Of a stretch of DNA of 64,000 nucleotides, positions 47,721-57,246 are shown one piece after another. Numbering within the stretch: the stretch's first letter is position 1; the number at the start of each line of letters is the position of its first letter. This stretch comes from an uncultured Actinomycetota bacterium (GTDB lineage Bacteria > Actinomycetota > Actinomycetes > Propionibacteriales > Nocardioidaceae). The notes beneath the pieces were generated by a model, which saw only the letters and a list, made by a program, of their open reading frames with translations, was not told where the DNA came from and did no database searches. The stretch lies in NCBI GenBank assembly GCA_963839625.1, contig CAWIWE010000021.1:2249-66248 (forward strand). The letters run 5' to 3'. Position numbers and translations under genes: made by a program.

Positions 47721-47795
47721 GGTGCGAGAGTAGCCCTGAGTCCCTCAGCTTCGGGCGCGACCTCGTCGGGCAGAACTGGTCCCTCGAGCTGTAGC

Positions 47796-49253
47796 TCAGC
47801 CGCCGAGCAGGCCCAGCTGACGCTTGAGGATCACCAGTCGTGGGTCGAGGCGCATCAGGCGCACCTTCGTCCAGGCGTGCAGCATCCCGGTCATCAGGTC
47901 GCAGGCCTCCCACAGCAGGACTCGCTGCGTCGACACCTGTCCGTGCTCCTGGTAGGCAGCGAGGTAGGTGTCGCACAGGTCGTCGAGCAGGGCCAGGTTC
48001 TTCTCCAGCGGCTCACCCGACAACATCTCGCCCTTGAACGTCAAGGTGCTGATGCCGATGTCGCGAAGCTTGGCGCGGAAGCGGCCGAGGTCGAGGGCCG
48101 GCTCCGCCATCGACGCTCCGTCGAAGTCGATGAAGCCGATCTCGCCGTCGTGCAGCAGCACCTGTGCGGGGCGGAAGTCGTGGTGAGCCGGCACGAGATC
48201 ACCGGCAGGAACCTGCCGGGCCGCCGCGGTCAGCTGCTCCAGCAGCTCCGTGCCCGCGCCCTTGAGCGACGGGACGGTGAGCGCCAGCCGGTCGATGATG
48301 TCCTGAACTTCGGCCAGCTCGTCCTCGAACGTGATCGTGCGCTGGTAAACGGCACCCGAGGCATGGATCGCGGCCAGGGCGCGGCCGGTCTTGGCCAGCT
48401 CTTCCCGCAGCGTGTCGAGCATCTGCGGGTCGCCCTCGCGGATGGCGTTGCGGGCCAGCTCCTTCAGCGTCATCGCCTCCGGGATCGGGCCCTGGACGAG
48501 GATCTTCTCCTCTTCGTCGAACGCCAGCGGCTCGGCGAGCAGCACGGTGTCACGCCAGGTCTCGGGCCGGTCCCACAGCTGCTTCATGGCATCCCACGCG
48601 GTCGAACCCTTGTCGCCCACGTGGGTCTTGAGGACCACGGGAGACGGGCCGGTCGTGCCCTCGGCGTACGTGATCGGCACGACGGTGGTGCAGCGGCTGG
48701 TGGGCTTGTAGCGCACGACGTTCGTCTCGCAGGACTCGATCGTGGCGTCGGTGTAACCGGCCGCGCGGATGACCGGCTCGAGGAACTGGGCCGCCAGGGT
48801 CGGATCGGTCAGCGTGTTGAGAGCAGGCAGCGCCTCGTCGGACTCCTCACCGTGCAGCTCGAGCCGAAGATCGGGCAGCCAGCACGTCCACGGATCGGCG
48901 TCGTTGGACGGCGAGGTGACGGACTCCGGCGGCGTCTGGTCGGGCGCCCAGAGGCGGCCGACGAGCACCACTTCCTCCGGGTCGCCGCCCGGCTTGGCGA
49001 CCTCGAGCTCGTAGCGGGGGATCCACTGCTCGGCCTTGGCCCGGAGACGCTTCGGCTTGCATGACACCAGGGTGACGCTGCCGTCGACGAGCGGGGCAGC
49101 ATGCTGCTCCAGGCTCGAGCTGACGCGCCCGCTGTACATGCCGGCAGCAAGCCATTCCGGCAGGATCTCGAAGGCTGACAGCGAGGCCAGGGCCTGGTCG
49201 CTGTCGAATCCGGTGGTCACGGTCACTGGGTCACGCTCTCTGTGGTTGTGCAC
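47796..49253 (-). CDS. APH/choline-kinase-fold phosphotransferase
   Basis: RYKPTSRC, HHDFRPAQ, IDFD, PALDLGRF; start may be GTG 49226. Confidence 0.85.
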   Translation of the reverse strand: MHNHRERDPVTVTTGFDSDQALASLSAFEILPEWLAAGMYSGRVSSSLEQHAAPLVDGSVTLVSCKPKRLRAKAEQWIPRYELEVAKPGGDPEEVVLVGRLWAPDQTPPESVTSPSNDADPWTCWLPDLRLELHGEESDEALPALNTLTDPTLAAQFLEPVIRAAGYTDATIESCETNVVRYKPTSRCTTVVPITYAEGTTGPSPVVLKTHVGDKGSTAWDAMKQLWDRPETWRDTVLLAEPLAFDEEEKILVQGPIPEAMTLKELARNAIREGDPQMLDTLREELAKTGRALAAIHASGAVYQRTITFEDELAEVQDIIDRLALTVPSLKGAGTELLEQLTAAARQVPAGDLVPAHHDFRPAQVLLHDGEIGFIDFDGASMAEPALDLGRFRAKLRDIGISTLTFKGEMLSGEPLEKNLALLDDLCDTYLAAYQEHGQVSTQRVLLWEACDLMTGMLHAWTKVRLMRLDPRLVILKRQLGLLGG

Positions 49254-49257
49254 GTGG

Positions 49258-52200
49258 TCATGTCGACCACGGTCGGGTGTGGGTGTGGACGGAGTCGAGC
49301 AGGGTCAAGGCGACGTCGAGACGACGGTCCTTGGTCTGCCGGCACGCGTGCACCGCGGTGCGGGTGAGGGTCAGCGCCCGGTAGAAGCCGACCCGGTCGA
49401 CGACTCCAGCGGCGGTGGCTGGTGCCGCCGCGCTGTAGCTCTCCACGAACGCCGTGCCCAGGTCGTCGACCAGGGGTCGGGCGTCGTGACCGCTCAGCTT
49501 GGTCGCGAGCACGTCGAGGTGGGCCATGTAGCGCCCCACGTCGAGTGCCGGGTCGGCCCAGCACAACGTGTCCATGTCGACGACCGCAGCCATGCCGTCG
49601 TCCAGCAGGACCTGCGACGGCGTGAAGTCGCCGTGCGACAGCACCAGGTTGGGCACCTCGGGGGCGTTCCAGAACAGCCCGTCGACGCGGCCGCGGAGGT
49701 CGTCGGCGACCTCCGGCCAGACCGAGCCGATGACGTCGAGCTCGCGGCGCAGGCCGGAGAGGTCGTCCGACATCGAGTGGACTGACGCAGGTGCGGTCGT
49801 CGTGTGCAGCACCGCCAGCGCCTCGGCCGAGGCGCGAACGGCGTTGCGGAGCTCGTCCGTGTGCTTCTTGTTCTCCTTGCGGGTGTGCTTCGGATCGTCG
49901 GCCAGGACGGTCTTCAGCAGCTGTGGCACGAGTGCCACGCCCGGCAGCGCCTCGGTGATGAGCAGACGCAGCGACGCGGAGTACACGAGGGGCCGGGGGA
50001 AGCGAACCGGTGAATCGATCACCGAACCCTCCGGACTCCGGGTGAGCGCCTTCAGGTTGCGGGCGATGGCGTCGCCGCTGTCGTCGCCGTACACCTTGCC
50101 GTACAGGTCAGGCGATCGGCCCGGCCCTTCCGGGAAGTGGTAGCGCAGCACGCACGCGCCTTCGCGCGGGTGATGGACCGTCTCGGCGGTCGGCAGCTGG
50201 TCGATACCGGCGAACTTCACCAGGTTGCTGACGACGGACGGGTTGGTGGCTCCGATCAGCGTCGGCAGGGCCGGGTCGATCGGGAACGGGTGCAGGGCCA
50301 GTCCGGCTCCGGCTGCGACCGCGGAGGTCTCCATCCACGGACCGGTTTCGGCGGTGCGCATCTCGGTCATGCGCCGGACGCGGTGCCGGACGTACTCGGC
50401 CGCGGCCTCGTCACTGCGCAGGACGCGTCCCAGCACCATGTGCTCGGAGGTGCCGCCGCTCGGGTCAGCCAGCCGGAGCTGGTAGCTCAGGGTGCAGGTG
50501 CGGTCCTCGCGCAGCCACACCTTGCCCACGTCGATGGCCTCGACGCTTGCACCGGAGCCCAGCAGCTGGTGCTCGACGGCCTCGGCGACGAACGACTCGT
50601 CCATCGCCTTGACCAGACCCGGCAGGCGCTTGTGGATCGAGTCGACGAGCGTCGGGATGCTCTTCGCCCGGGTGCCGTGCGTGACGGGCGTCGACTTCGG
50701 TGTGTGTGACTTGCGCGTTCCGGCGGCGGCGGCGATCTTGGCGCGACGTCGCGGGGCGACCACGCCGGTGAGGGGCGTGAGCGGAAGGCCGTCCTCGTCC
50801 GGCTCGTCCGTCCTCTTGATCGGAGGCGGGCCGTCGACGACTCGGCCGTCGGCGACGACGAGGATGCGGTCCGAGCGCTCGATCAGGCCGGGGTCGTGAG
50901 AGATGACGATCGTGGTCTTGTTCCGCATCAGCAGGGCGAGCGCGTCGACGACGACCTCAGCCGACTCGGCGTCCAGGCCGGTGGTCGGCTCGTCGAGGAT
51001 CAGCAGCGGAGTACGGCGGATGAAGGCGCGGGCGATCGCGAGTCGCTGCCGCTGGCCGCCGGACAGCGTGGATCCACGCTCTCCGAGAGGCGTCGCGTAG
51101 CCGTCCGGCAGCTCCATGATGAAGTCGTGCGCGTTGGCCAGCTTCGCGGCCGTCTCGATGTCCTCCTGGGTGGCGTGCTCGATGCCGTAGGCGATGTTCT
51201 CGGCGACGCTGCCTGCCAGCAGGACGGTGTCCTGCAGCACCAGGCTGACCTGACTCCGCAGCGACTGGAGGGTCATCGACTTGATCGGGATGCCGTCGAT
51301 GAGGACCTCGCCGGCGTCCGGGTCGTAGAGCCGCGGGATCAGCTGGGCGACAGTGCTCTTGCCGGCGCCGCTCGGACCGACGAGCGACACGACCTCGCCG
51401 GGCGCGACCTCGAAGTCGACGTCCAGCAGGACGGCGGGACGGTTCTCCGCGCTGGTCCCGTCGGCGTGCTCGGCGGGGTACGTGAACCCGACGTGGCTGA
51501 AGGCCAACCGGCCCTGCAGCTCGGGCGCCTCGACGGCGTCCGGGCTGTCCTCGACCATGACCTGACGGTCGAGCAGGTCGTCGATGCGGTCGACGCTGGC
51601 GTAGACCTTGCCGATCTTGTACCACTCGCTGACGATCTTGCGGGCCGGCTTGAACATGTTCTGCAGCAGCAGGATGAACAGCACCAAGGTGCCGATCGTG
51701 ATCGAGCCGCTGTCGACCAGCCACACGCCCAACCAGACGACTGCCGAGATCGCCAGCGCCTCGACGAGAGCGATCGTGAAGCTGAACTGGGCCTGGATGT
51801 TGGACGCGTCAACTGAGGCGTGCATGCTCTTCGCGGTCTGGCGGGAGAAGCGGTGGAGGTCGACGGATCCGCGGCCGTAGCTCTGGACCAGGCGGATCGA
51901 GGTGAGCATCTCCTGGGCGGTCGAGGCCAGCTCGCCCTCACGACCGCGCTGGGTCTTGGACGCGATCTTGATGCGCTGCGAGTAGTAGCGGGAGATGACC
52001 GCGAGTATCGGCACCACGAACAGAGCGACGATGGCCACACGCCACGACTGGAACATCAGGAACGTGAAGCTGCCGACCAGCACGAGGAGGCTGCCGACGA
52101 TGTTGCTGACCGACTTGACCACGAAGTCCTCGACCACCAGCACGTCGCCGGTGACTCGCGTGAGGACGTCGCCGGTGCGCTTGGAGTCGTGGTACGCCAG

Positions 52201-52611
52201 CGGCAGTCGCTGCAGGTGCGAGTACATGGCCGTGCGGATGCTGTAGCCGAGTGAACGGCCACCCCGCGCCATGCAGATCTCGGTGAGCGAGTCGGCCGCG
52301 CTGTTGATCGCCGCGATCAGGATCACGGCGATCGTGAGGATCAGGATCGTCTCCCAGCGCGGCGAGCCGAGGAAGGACGGGCCGCCGAGCTCGCGCAGGT
52401 TGGGCTTGTTGCCGCCCAGGAAGTCGATCAGCCAGGCGATCGGGTACGGCTCGATCACCGAGGTTGCCGCCTCGAAGACGAGCAGGGTCATGCCGACGAT
52501 GTAGATCTTCGGGCTGCCCTTGAAGCGCGCGAACAGGCGGATGGCACGACGCATGTCGCCACGCGTCGCGCCGCGGCGCTGCGCCTTCTTCGTTTCCTTT
52601 GTCGTGCTCAT
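49258..52611 (-). CDS. ABC exporter (TMD+NBD) fused to a C-terminal APH-fold phosphotransferase
   Basis: About 6-TM domain, GPSGAGKS, LSGGQRQR, ILDEPT, ISHD; then FPIDPALP, YGKVY, HGDFTPSQ, VDMD, PALDVG in one 1117-aa frame. Confidence 0.9.
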   Translation of the reverse strand: MSTTKETKKAQRRGATRGDMRRAIRLFARFKGSPKIYIVGMTLLVFEAATSVIEPYPIAWLIDFLGGNKPNLRELGGPSFLGSPRWETILILTIAVILIAAINSAADSLTEICMARGGRSLGYSIRTAMYSHLQRLPLAYHDSKRTGDVLTRVTGDVLVVEDFVVKSVSNIVGSLLVLVGSFTFLMFQSWRVAIVALFVVPILAVISRYYSQRIKIASKTQRGREGELASTAQEMLTSIRLVQSYGRGSVDLHRFSRQTAKSMHASVDASNIQAQFSFTIALVEALAISAVVWLGVWLVDSGSITIGTLVLFILLLQNMFKPARKIVSEWYKIGKVYASVDRIDDLLDRQVMVEDSPDAVEAPELQGRLAFSHVGFTYPAEHADGTSAENRPAVLLDVDFEVAPGEVVSLVGPSGAGKSTVAQLIPRLYDPDAGEVLIDGIPIKSMTLQSLRSQVSLVLQDTVLLAGSVAENIAYGIEHATQEDIETAAKLANAHDFIMELPDGYATPLGERGSTLSGGQRQRLAIARAFIRRTPLLILDEPTTGLDAESAEVVVDALALLMRNKTTIVISHDPGLIERSDRILVVADGRVVDGPPPIKRTDEPDEDGLPLTPLTGVVAPRRRAKIAAAAGTRKSHTPKSTPVTHGTRAKSIPTLVDSIHKRLPGLVKAMDESFVAEAVEHQLLGSGASVEAIDVGKVWLREDRTCTLSYQLRLADPSGGTSEHMVLGRVLRSDEAAAEYVRHRVRRMTEMRTAETGPWMETSAVAAGAGLALHPFPIDPALPTLIGATNPSVVSNLVKFAGIDQLPTAETVHHPREGACVLRYHFPEGPGRSPDLYGKVYGDDSGDAIARNLKALTRSPEGSVIDSPVRFPRPLVYSASLRLLITEALPGVALVPQLLKTVLADDPKHTRKENKKHTDELRNAVRASAEALAVLHTTTAPASVHSMSDDLSGLRRELDVIGSVWPEVADDLRGRVDGLFWNAPEVPNLVLSHGDFTPSQVLLDDGMAAVVDMDTLCWADPALDVGRYMAHLDVLATKLSGHDARPLVDDLGTAFVESYSAAAPATAAGVVDRVGFYRALTLTRTAVHACRQTKDRRLDVALTLLDSVHTHTRPWST

Positions 52612-53816
52612 GCCGTTTCCGCCAGTCTGTCGAGGATCCGGTCCGCCTCGTGGATCAATGCCGCAGGGACGGGGGACCGGGGGGCCCGTGCGAATGATCG
52701 AAGTGCCTTGCGTTCGAGTGCGAGCGCTTCGTGCCAACGAATCCGGTACAGGTGCGACTCGTCGGTTGCTTGGAGGTACGCCGTCAGGAACTCCTCGGCC
52801 AGGACCGGGAGCCGTTCGACCAGGGCCGAAGGCCGGCCGGCGAGAGCGTGCCGGACGGAGTACTGACGCAGGGTCGCCATGAACGTCCCCACGTCGGCCG
52901 CCTGGTCGGAGATCCCGCAGTGGTCGAGGTCGAGCAGGTTGACGATCTGCTCGTCGAGCAGGAACTGGCTCGGCTTGCAGTCGCCGTGAACCGGCCCGAT
53001 GGTGGCGGCCGGGAGCTGCTCCTGCGCGGTGATGAGCCGCGTGGCCAGACGATCGGCCTGCTCGCCGAGTCGTGGATCGACCGAGGCGATGCCGGCGGAG
53101 CGAACACCGAAGCGCTTCAGCTCCTTGTCGACCGATCGCTCCCGGTGCAGCACCGGTCGTGAGGCGTGCAGCTCGGCGAGTGCTCGCGCGGCACGGCGGA
53201 CGGCCTCGGTGGCGTCACTCGGGCAGAGCCGGGTGTTGCCGACCAGGGCATCCAGCGGCGCTCCGTGCACAGGGCGTTGGACGACCCACCCGAGATCGTC
53301 GAGGTGCGCGGCGATGGGCGCGAACCGCAGTGTCGAGGCGCCCTCGGCCGCGTCGGCCAGTGCCACGGACTCCTCCGCGACGGCGGCAGCCTTGGTCCGG
53401 TTGTGGTAGGCCTTCGCCACCACCGAGGTGTCGCCGGACGTCAGCCAGACCGTGGCGCGCTTGCCGGGGCGGTAGCGCAGCAGCTCGACGCGCGTACGTC
53501 CGGTTCCACCCACGAGCGGGCCGACCGAGGTCGGGTCCAACAGCAGCGGGAGGGACGGGAGGTCCGGGTCATGGGGGAACGGGCTGAGCCGGACACCGTC
53601 CGGCAGCGGGAGCAGGTCGCCGCGCACGAGCTGGTCGCCAATCGAGTACAGGATGACCGCTCGGACGCCCGGCTCGTACTTGGCGTCGAGGACGTGGCAG
53701 GTCGCACTGCGTGAGCCGGTGGCGGCCGCCAGCTCAGGCCGCATCCGCCACGACTGCAGTGCTTCGAGGAAGCGATCGCAGTGAGCGATCGCGCTTTCTT
53801 CCACCATGGTGCTCAC
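52608..53816 (-). CDS. APH-fold phosphotransferase
   Basis: FPHDPDLP, RYRPGKRA, VAKAY, HGDCKPSQ, LDLD. Confidence 0.85.
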   Translation of the reverse strand: MSTMVEESAIAHCDRFLEALQSWRMRPELAAATGSRSATCHVLDAKYEPGVRAVILYSIGDQLVRGDLLPLPDGVRLSPFPHDPDLPSLPLLLDPTSVGPLVGGTGRTRVELLRYRPGKRATVWLTSGDTSVVAKAYHNRTKAAAVAEESVALADAAEGASTLRFAPIAAHLDDLGWVVQRPVHGAPLDALVGNTRLCPSDATEAVRRAARALAELHASRPVLHRERSVDKELKRFGVRSAGIASVDPRLGEQADRLATRLITAQEQLPAATIGPVHGDCKPSQFLLDEQIVNLLDLDHCGISDQAADVGTFMATLRQYSVRHALAGRPSALVERLPVLAEEFLTAYLQATDESHLYRIRWHEALALERKALRSFARAPRSPVPAALIHEADRILDRLAETA

Positions 53817-55087
53817 CGGGTCACCTCCATCTCGGTGTCATTTCGCGCCTGAAAAGTGCTTTTGCGCGCCTGAAAAGAATAGATAGTTTCGAGCCTGGCT
53901 GCGGCCGTTTTCACGTCATAGTCAGCCTCCACCGTGCGGCGTCCGGCGGCGCCCATGCGACGGCGCAGCTCCGGGTCCGCGACGACCGCGCCGATCGAGC
54001 GTGTGATGGCCTCGATGTCCTCCGGATCACAGAGCAACCCGTTGACGTCGTGGTCGACGAGCTCGGTGATGCCACCCGCGGTCGTCGTGACGACGGGCAG
54101 TCCGCACGCCATCGCCTCCACGAGGACGTTGGGGATGCCGTCTCGGTCGCCGTCCTTGGTCTGGATGGGGGTGAGCACGAACGCGTCGGCGTCGGTGAGG
54201 GCTGCGACGACTTCGTCGCTGTCGCGGGCGCCCATGAACTCGACGCGCTCCGCGAGGCCGAGCTCGTCACGCAGCTGTACCAGCTCGTCCTCGAGCGGGC
54301 CGTCACCGTAGATCCGGAGGGAGAAGGGAGCGTCGATGCGGGCCAGGGCGTGGAGGAGGTCGTCGAAGCCCTTCTTCTCGACGAGACGACCCACCGACAC
54401 GAGGGCGGGCACGTCGTTGCCGTCAGTGTGTTCCGACGGCGTGAACCGGTCGAGATCGACGCCGTGATGGATGACCTCCACGGGGATCTGCTCGCTGTTC
54501 GGCAGCGTCTCGCGGATGAAGGTGACGTTGGCTTCGCAGCAGGTCACCAGCGTGGTCGCACGCTCCGCCCGAGCGGCGAGGCTGCTCGCGGGGATCTGGT
54601 AGAGGTCGCGGGCGTGCCCGGTGAAGCTGAACGGCAGACCGGTCAGCATCCCGACGAGCATCCCGACCAGGGCAGGGTCGTGCGCGAAGTGCGCGTGCAC
54701 GTGGGTGGGCCGATCCGTGCCGCTCCGCGCGTTGATGCTTGCGGCGATGCGGACGGCGTGGGTCAGGCACTCCATGGCCGAGCAGTCGCCGTAACCGGCA
54801 GCCAGGCCCGGACGCCGCAGGCACAGCGTCAACGCGGACAGGTAACGGCGGGGTGCTGCGGCGAACGCCGACAGATGGGCGCGAGCCCGGCGCACCGGCT
54901 CGTCCAGGTACATGATCGGCGCCTGCACGGCAGCCACCTGTGGCTGGACGACGGTCTCGCCCGAGTGCACCAGGCTGACGACGTCGATCTGCACGCCTCG
55001 CTGCTCCATCGCCAACACCTCGTTGACGATGAACGTCTGCGACAGCCGCGGCCAGCTGCGCACGATGTAGACCACGCTGCCGGTCAT
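53813..55087 (-). CDS. Glycosyltransferase family 4 (WcaL-like)
   Basis: WPRLSQTFI, HVHAHFAH, FTGHARD, VGRLVEKKG, DGIPNVLVEAMACG. Confidence 0.9.
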   Translation of the reverse strand: MTGSVVYIVRSWPRLSQTFIVNEVLAMEQRGVQIDVVSLVHSGETVVQPQVAAVQAPIMYLDEPVRRARAHLSAFAAAPRRYLSALTLCLRRPGLAAGYGDCSAMECLTHAVRIAASINARSGTDRPTHVHAHFAHDPALVGMLVGMLTGLPFSFTGHARDLYQIPASSLAARAERATTLVTCCEANVTFIRETLPNSEQIPVEVIHHGVDLDRFTPSEHTDGNDVPALVSVGRLVEKKGFDDLLHALARIDAPFSLRIYGDGPLEDELVQLRDELGLAERVEFMGARDSDEVVAALTDADAFVLTPIQTKDGDRDGIPNVLVEAMACGLPVVTTTAGGITELVDHDVNGLLCDPEDIEAITRSIGAVVADPELRRRMGAAGRRTVEADYDVKTAAARLETIYSFQARKSTFQARNDTEMEVTR

Positions 55088-57246
55088 CACGACCACCCCT
55101 GCCACGGAGTGTCGACACAGGCCATGCCCCGTGCCAGAGCGGCGTCCGCGATGTCCAGGCGCTGCTCGCGGTCGACACCGCGGAACGGACCGCTGCCGGC
55201 CACCGCCTGCTTCGCGATCTTCAGGCACGTGTAGGCGCGGAACGGCGCGAGGCTGCCCTTGTCGACCCAGCCGCTGGCCGCCGAGTACGACTCGATGAAC
55301 CACTCGACCAGGTGCGACGCCCCGAGCTGGTCGAGGTAGGTGCAGAAGTGCGCGACGTCGAACGCCGCGTCGCCCATCCTGGCCTCGTCGAGGTCGATGA
55401 CGCAGGTGTGCTCGCCCACGAGCACGTGACCGGCGTGGAAGTCCTTGTGAATCGGCACGACGGCGTCGACGGCGTCGATCGCAGCCGAGTGCGCCGCTGC
55501 CGCCCAACGGGAGGCCAGCACGTCGGCCGCCTCGGCTGCCGCGGGGTGCTCCTCCGCGATCTGCGCGGTCCACTGCCGGGTGCTCACGAGCTCGCGAGCC
55601 AGTGAGAGGTCGCGCGGCAGCCGCAGCTCCGACCCGTGCAACCGTGCGAGCCACTGCGCGGCGTTCCGCACGCCCTCGGCCCCACGCGGACCGTCGAGCA
55701 GTGAGTCCAGAAGGGTGCCGTCGTCGGCTCGGTAGAACAGCAGCCTGTGCTCGCCGGCGAGGCCGATCGGGGTCGGCACGCGGAACGACCCGCCACCGAA
55801 GGGCCCGTCGGCGAGCTGGCGCAGGTGGTAGTAGGACAGGCGCGCCAACCGAGCCTGCGCGAACTGCTTGCCGATGACCGGCACGGCACCGGAGGTGTCG
55901 TCGAGCCCGCGAACCTCGTACCGGACGACTTGTCGCCGTCCACGAGCGACGCCGAGCAGCTCGGCGGAGTCGACCTCGACCTCTCGACCGGTGGCATCGC
56001 GGAGCACCTTCGCCGCCTGATCGACGGCGAGCAGGTCGACCTCGGTGACGCTGGGTCGTGAGATGTCGCTGAGCAGGTTCTCGGCGGCCTCGGCCAGCGT
56101 GTCCGTCATCCTCCAGGCGCTCACTTCGAGCCGGCGGAACCGGCGAACGGCGACCTGGACGAGTCCGGCGGCTCGCCACCAGCGCAGCGCGTCGGGGCGC
56201 AGCTCGGCCGCGGCCTTCTCGTACGACGCCAGAAGGGCGCGTTCGGCCTCGATGAGGTCCTTCTGCTGGTTCGGGTGACGGATTCCTTGCCACGTCATGT
56301 GGGCCAGGGCCACGCCCAGGTCCTGTTCGCGGTCGCTCTGACGGACCTCGTCGACGTCGAGCAGCACGAGGCGACCGTCCGGCGTGACCACCACCTGGCC
56401 GGCTCGGAAGGAGCCGTGGCCGAGAACGCGTTCGCCGGGATCGGGCATCGAAGCGGCGAGCGTGTCGAGGATCGCGCCGAGGCGGGTCCCGATGGCCGGG
56501 TCGGCGCACTCGACGGCGGCCATCGCGTCGGCCAGCGTGATGACCTGTTGATCGGCCGACCACGTCGAGTCTGGTTCCACGGGGAGAGCGTGAAAGCCGG
56601 CCAGCAGGTCGCCCAGGTCGCTGCCGAGGCGGATCTTGGCGTCGGCCGGGACGTCGGGATCGCTCAGGATGGACGAGGCCGAGCGTCCGTCGATCGACCG
56701 TCCGACCACCACGTGCAGGTCGGGCCACCAGGCCACCATCTCGGCGACCAGACCGCTGGACTGGACGGACGGCTCGGTGTGCAGCGCGGCGATCCGCGCA
56801 TAGGCGTCGGGCTGCACCGCCTTGGCGAAGAACGTCGAGCTTCCGGACGCGCCGACGACGTCGTAGCGCAGGACGCAGCGCGAGCCCGGCCGGTACCGCA
56901 CCGGCTCGACGACACACTCGACCGGCTCGCCGAGCACGACCTCGAGCCGACGGGCGACCTCGGCCGGATCGGCCGCGGCCGTGAGCGCCGGCAGGGAAGT
57001 GTCGTCGCGCCAGCCGTAGCGACCCCACTCGTTGCCGCTGACCTCAACGGCGAAGAGCTCGTGCTGTCCGACCGCGTCGTCGACGTACGCCAGCCGGCAC
57101 ACCTCACCAGGTGTCCAGCGGACGTCGTGCAGGCGCCATGGGCCCTGACCCGAGCAGGTACGGAAGGCTCGGGGCAGCGATGCGAGCGACGGATCGAGCT
57201 CAGCCAGTGTGGCAGCCGTGCCGGCGTCGAGGGTGATTCCCTCCAT
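55087..57246 (-). CDS. Tandem two-domain APH-fold protein (pseudokinase plus kinase)
   Basis: Domain 1 RYRPGSRC, FAK, HGSFRAGQ, LDVD; domain 2 IGK, HKDFHAGH, IDLD, AAFDVAHF. Confidence 0.85.
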   Translation of the reverse strand: MEGITLDAGTAATLAELDPSLASLPRAFRTCSGQGPWRLHDVRWTPGEVCRLAYVDDAVGQHELFAVEVSGNEWGRYGWRDDTSLPALTAAADPAEVARRLEVVLGEPVECVVEPVRYRPGSRCVLRYDVVGASGSSTFFAKAVQPDAYARIAALHTEPSVQSSGLVAEMVAWWPDLHVVVGRSIDGRSASSILSDPDVPADAKIRLGSDLGDLLAGFHALPVEPDSTWSADQQVITLADAMAAVECADPAIGTRLGAILDTLAASMPDPGERVLGHGSFRAGQVVVTPDGRLVLLDVDEVRQSDREQDLGVALAHMTWQGIRHPNQQKDLIEAERALLASYEKAAAELRPDALRWWRAAGLVQVAVRRFRRLEVSAWRMTDTLAEAAENLLSDISRPSVTEVDLLAVDQAAKVLRDATGREVEVDSAELLGVARGRRQVVRYEVRGLDDTSGAVPVIGKQFAQARLARLSYYHLRQLADGPFGGGSFRVPTPIGLAGEHRLLFYRADDGTLLDSLLDGPRGAEGVRNAAQWLARLHGSELRLPRDLSLARELVSTRQWTAQIAEEHPAAAEAADVLASRWAAAAHSAAIDAVDAVVPIHKDFHAGHVLVGEHTCVIDLDEARMGDAAFDVAHFCTYLDQLGASHLVEWFIESYSAASGWVDKGSLAPFRAYTCLKIAKQAVAGSGPFRGVDREQRLDIADAALARGMACVDTPWQGWS

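Noticed and set aside
32212..47795. Intact prophage or integrative element at tRNA-Ala
   Set aside because: No integrase, transposase, phage or conjugation genes recognised
55088..57028. 1071-aa ORF suggesting a large N-terminal extension on the GT4
   Set aside because: The extension is Arg/Gly/Ala-rich off-frame translation of the tandem kinase gene; GT4 starts at 55087
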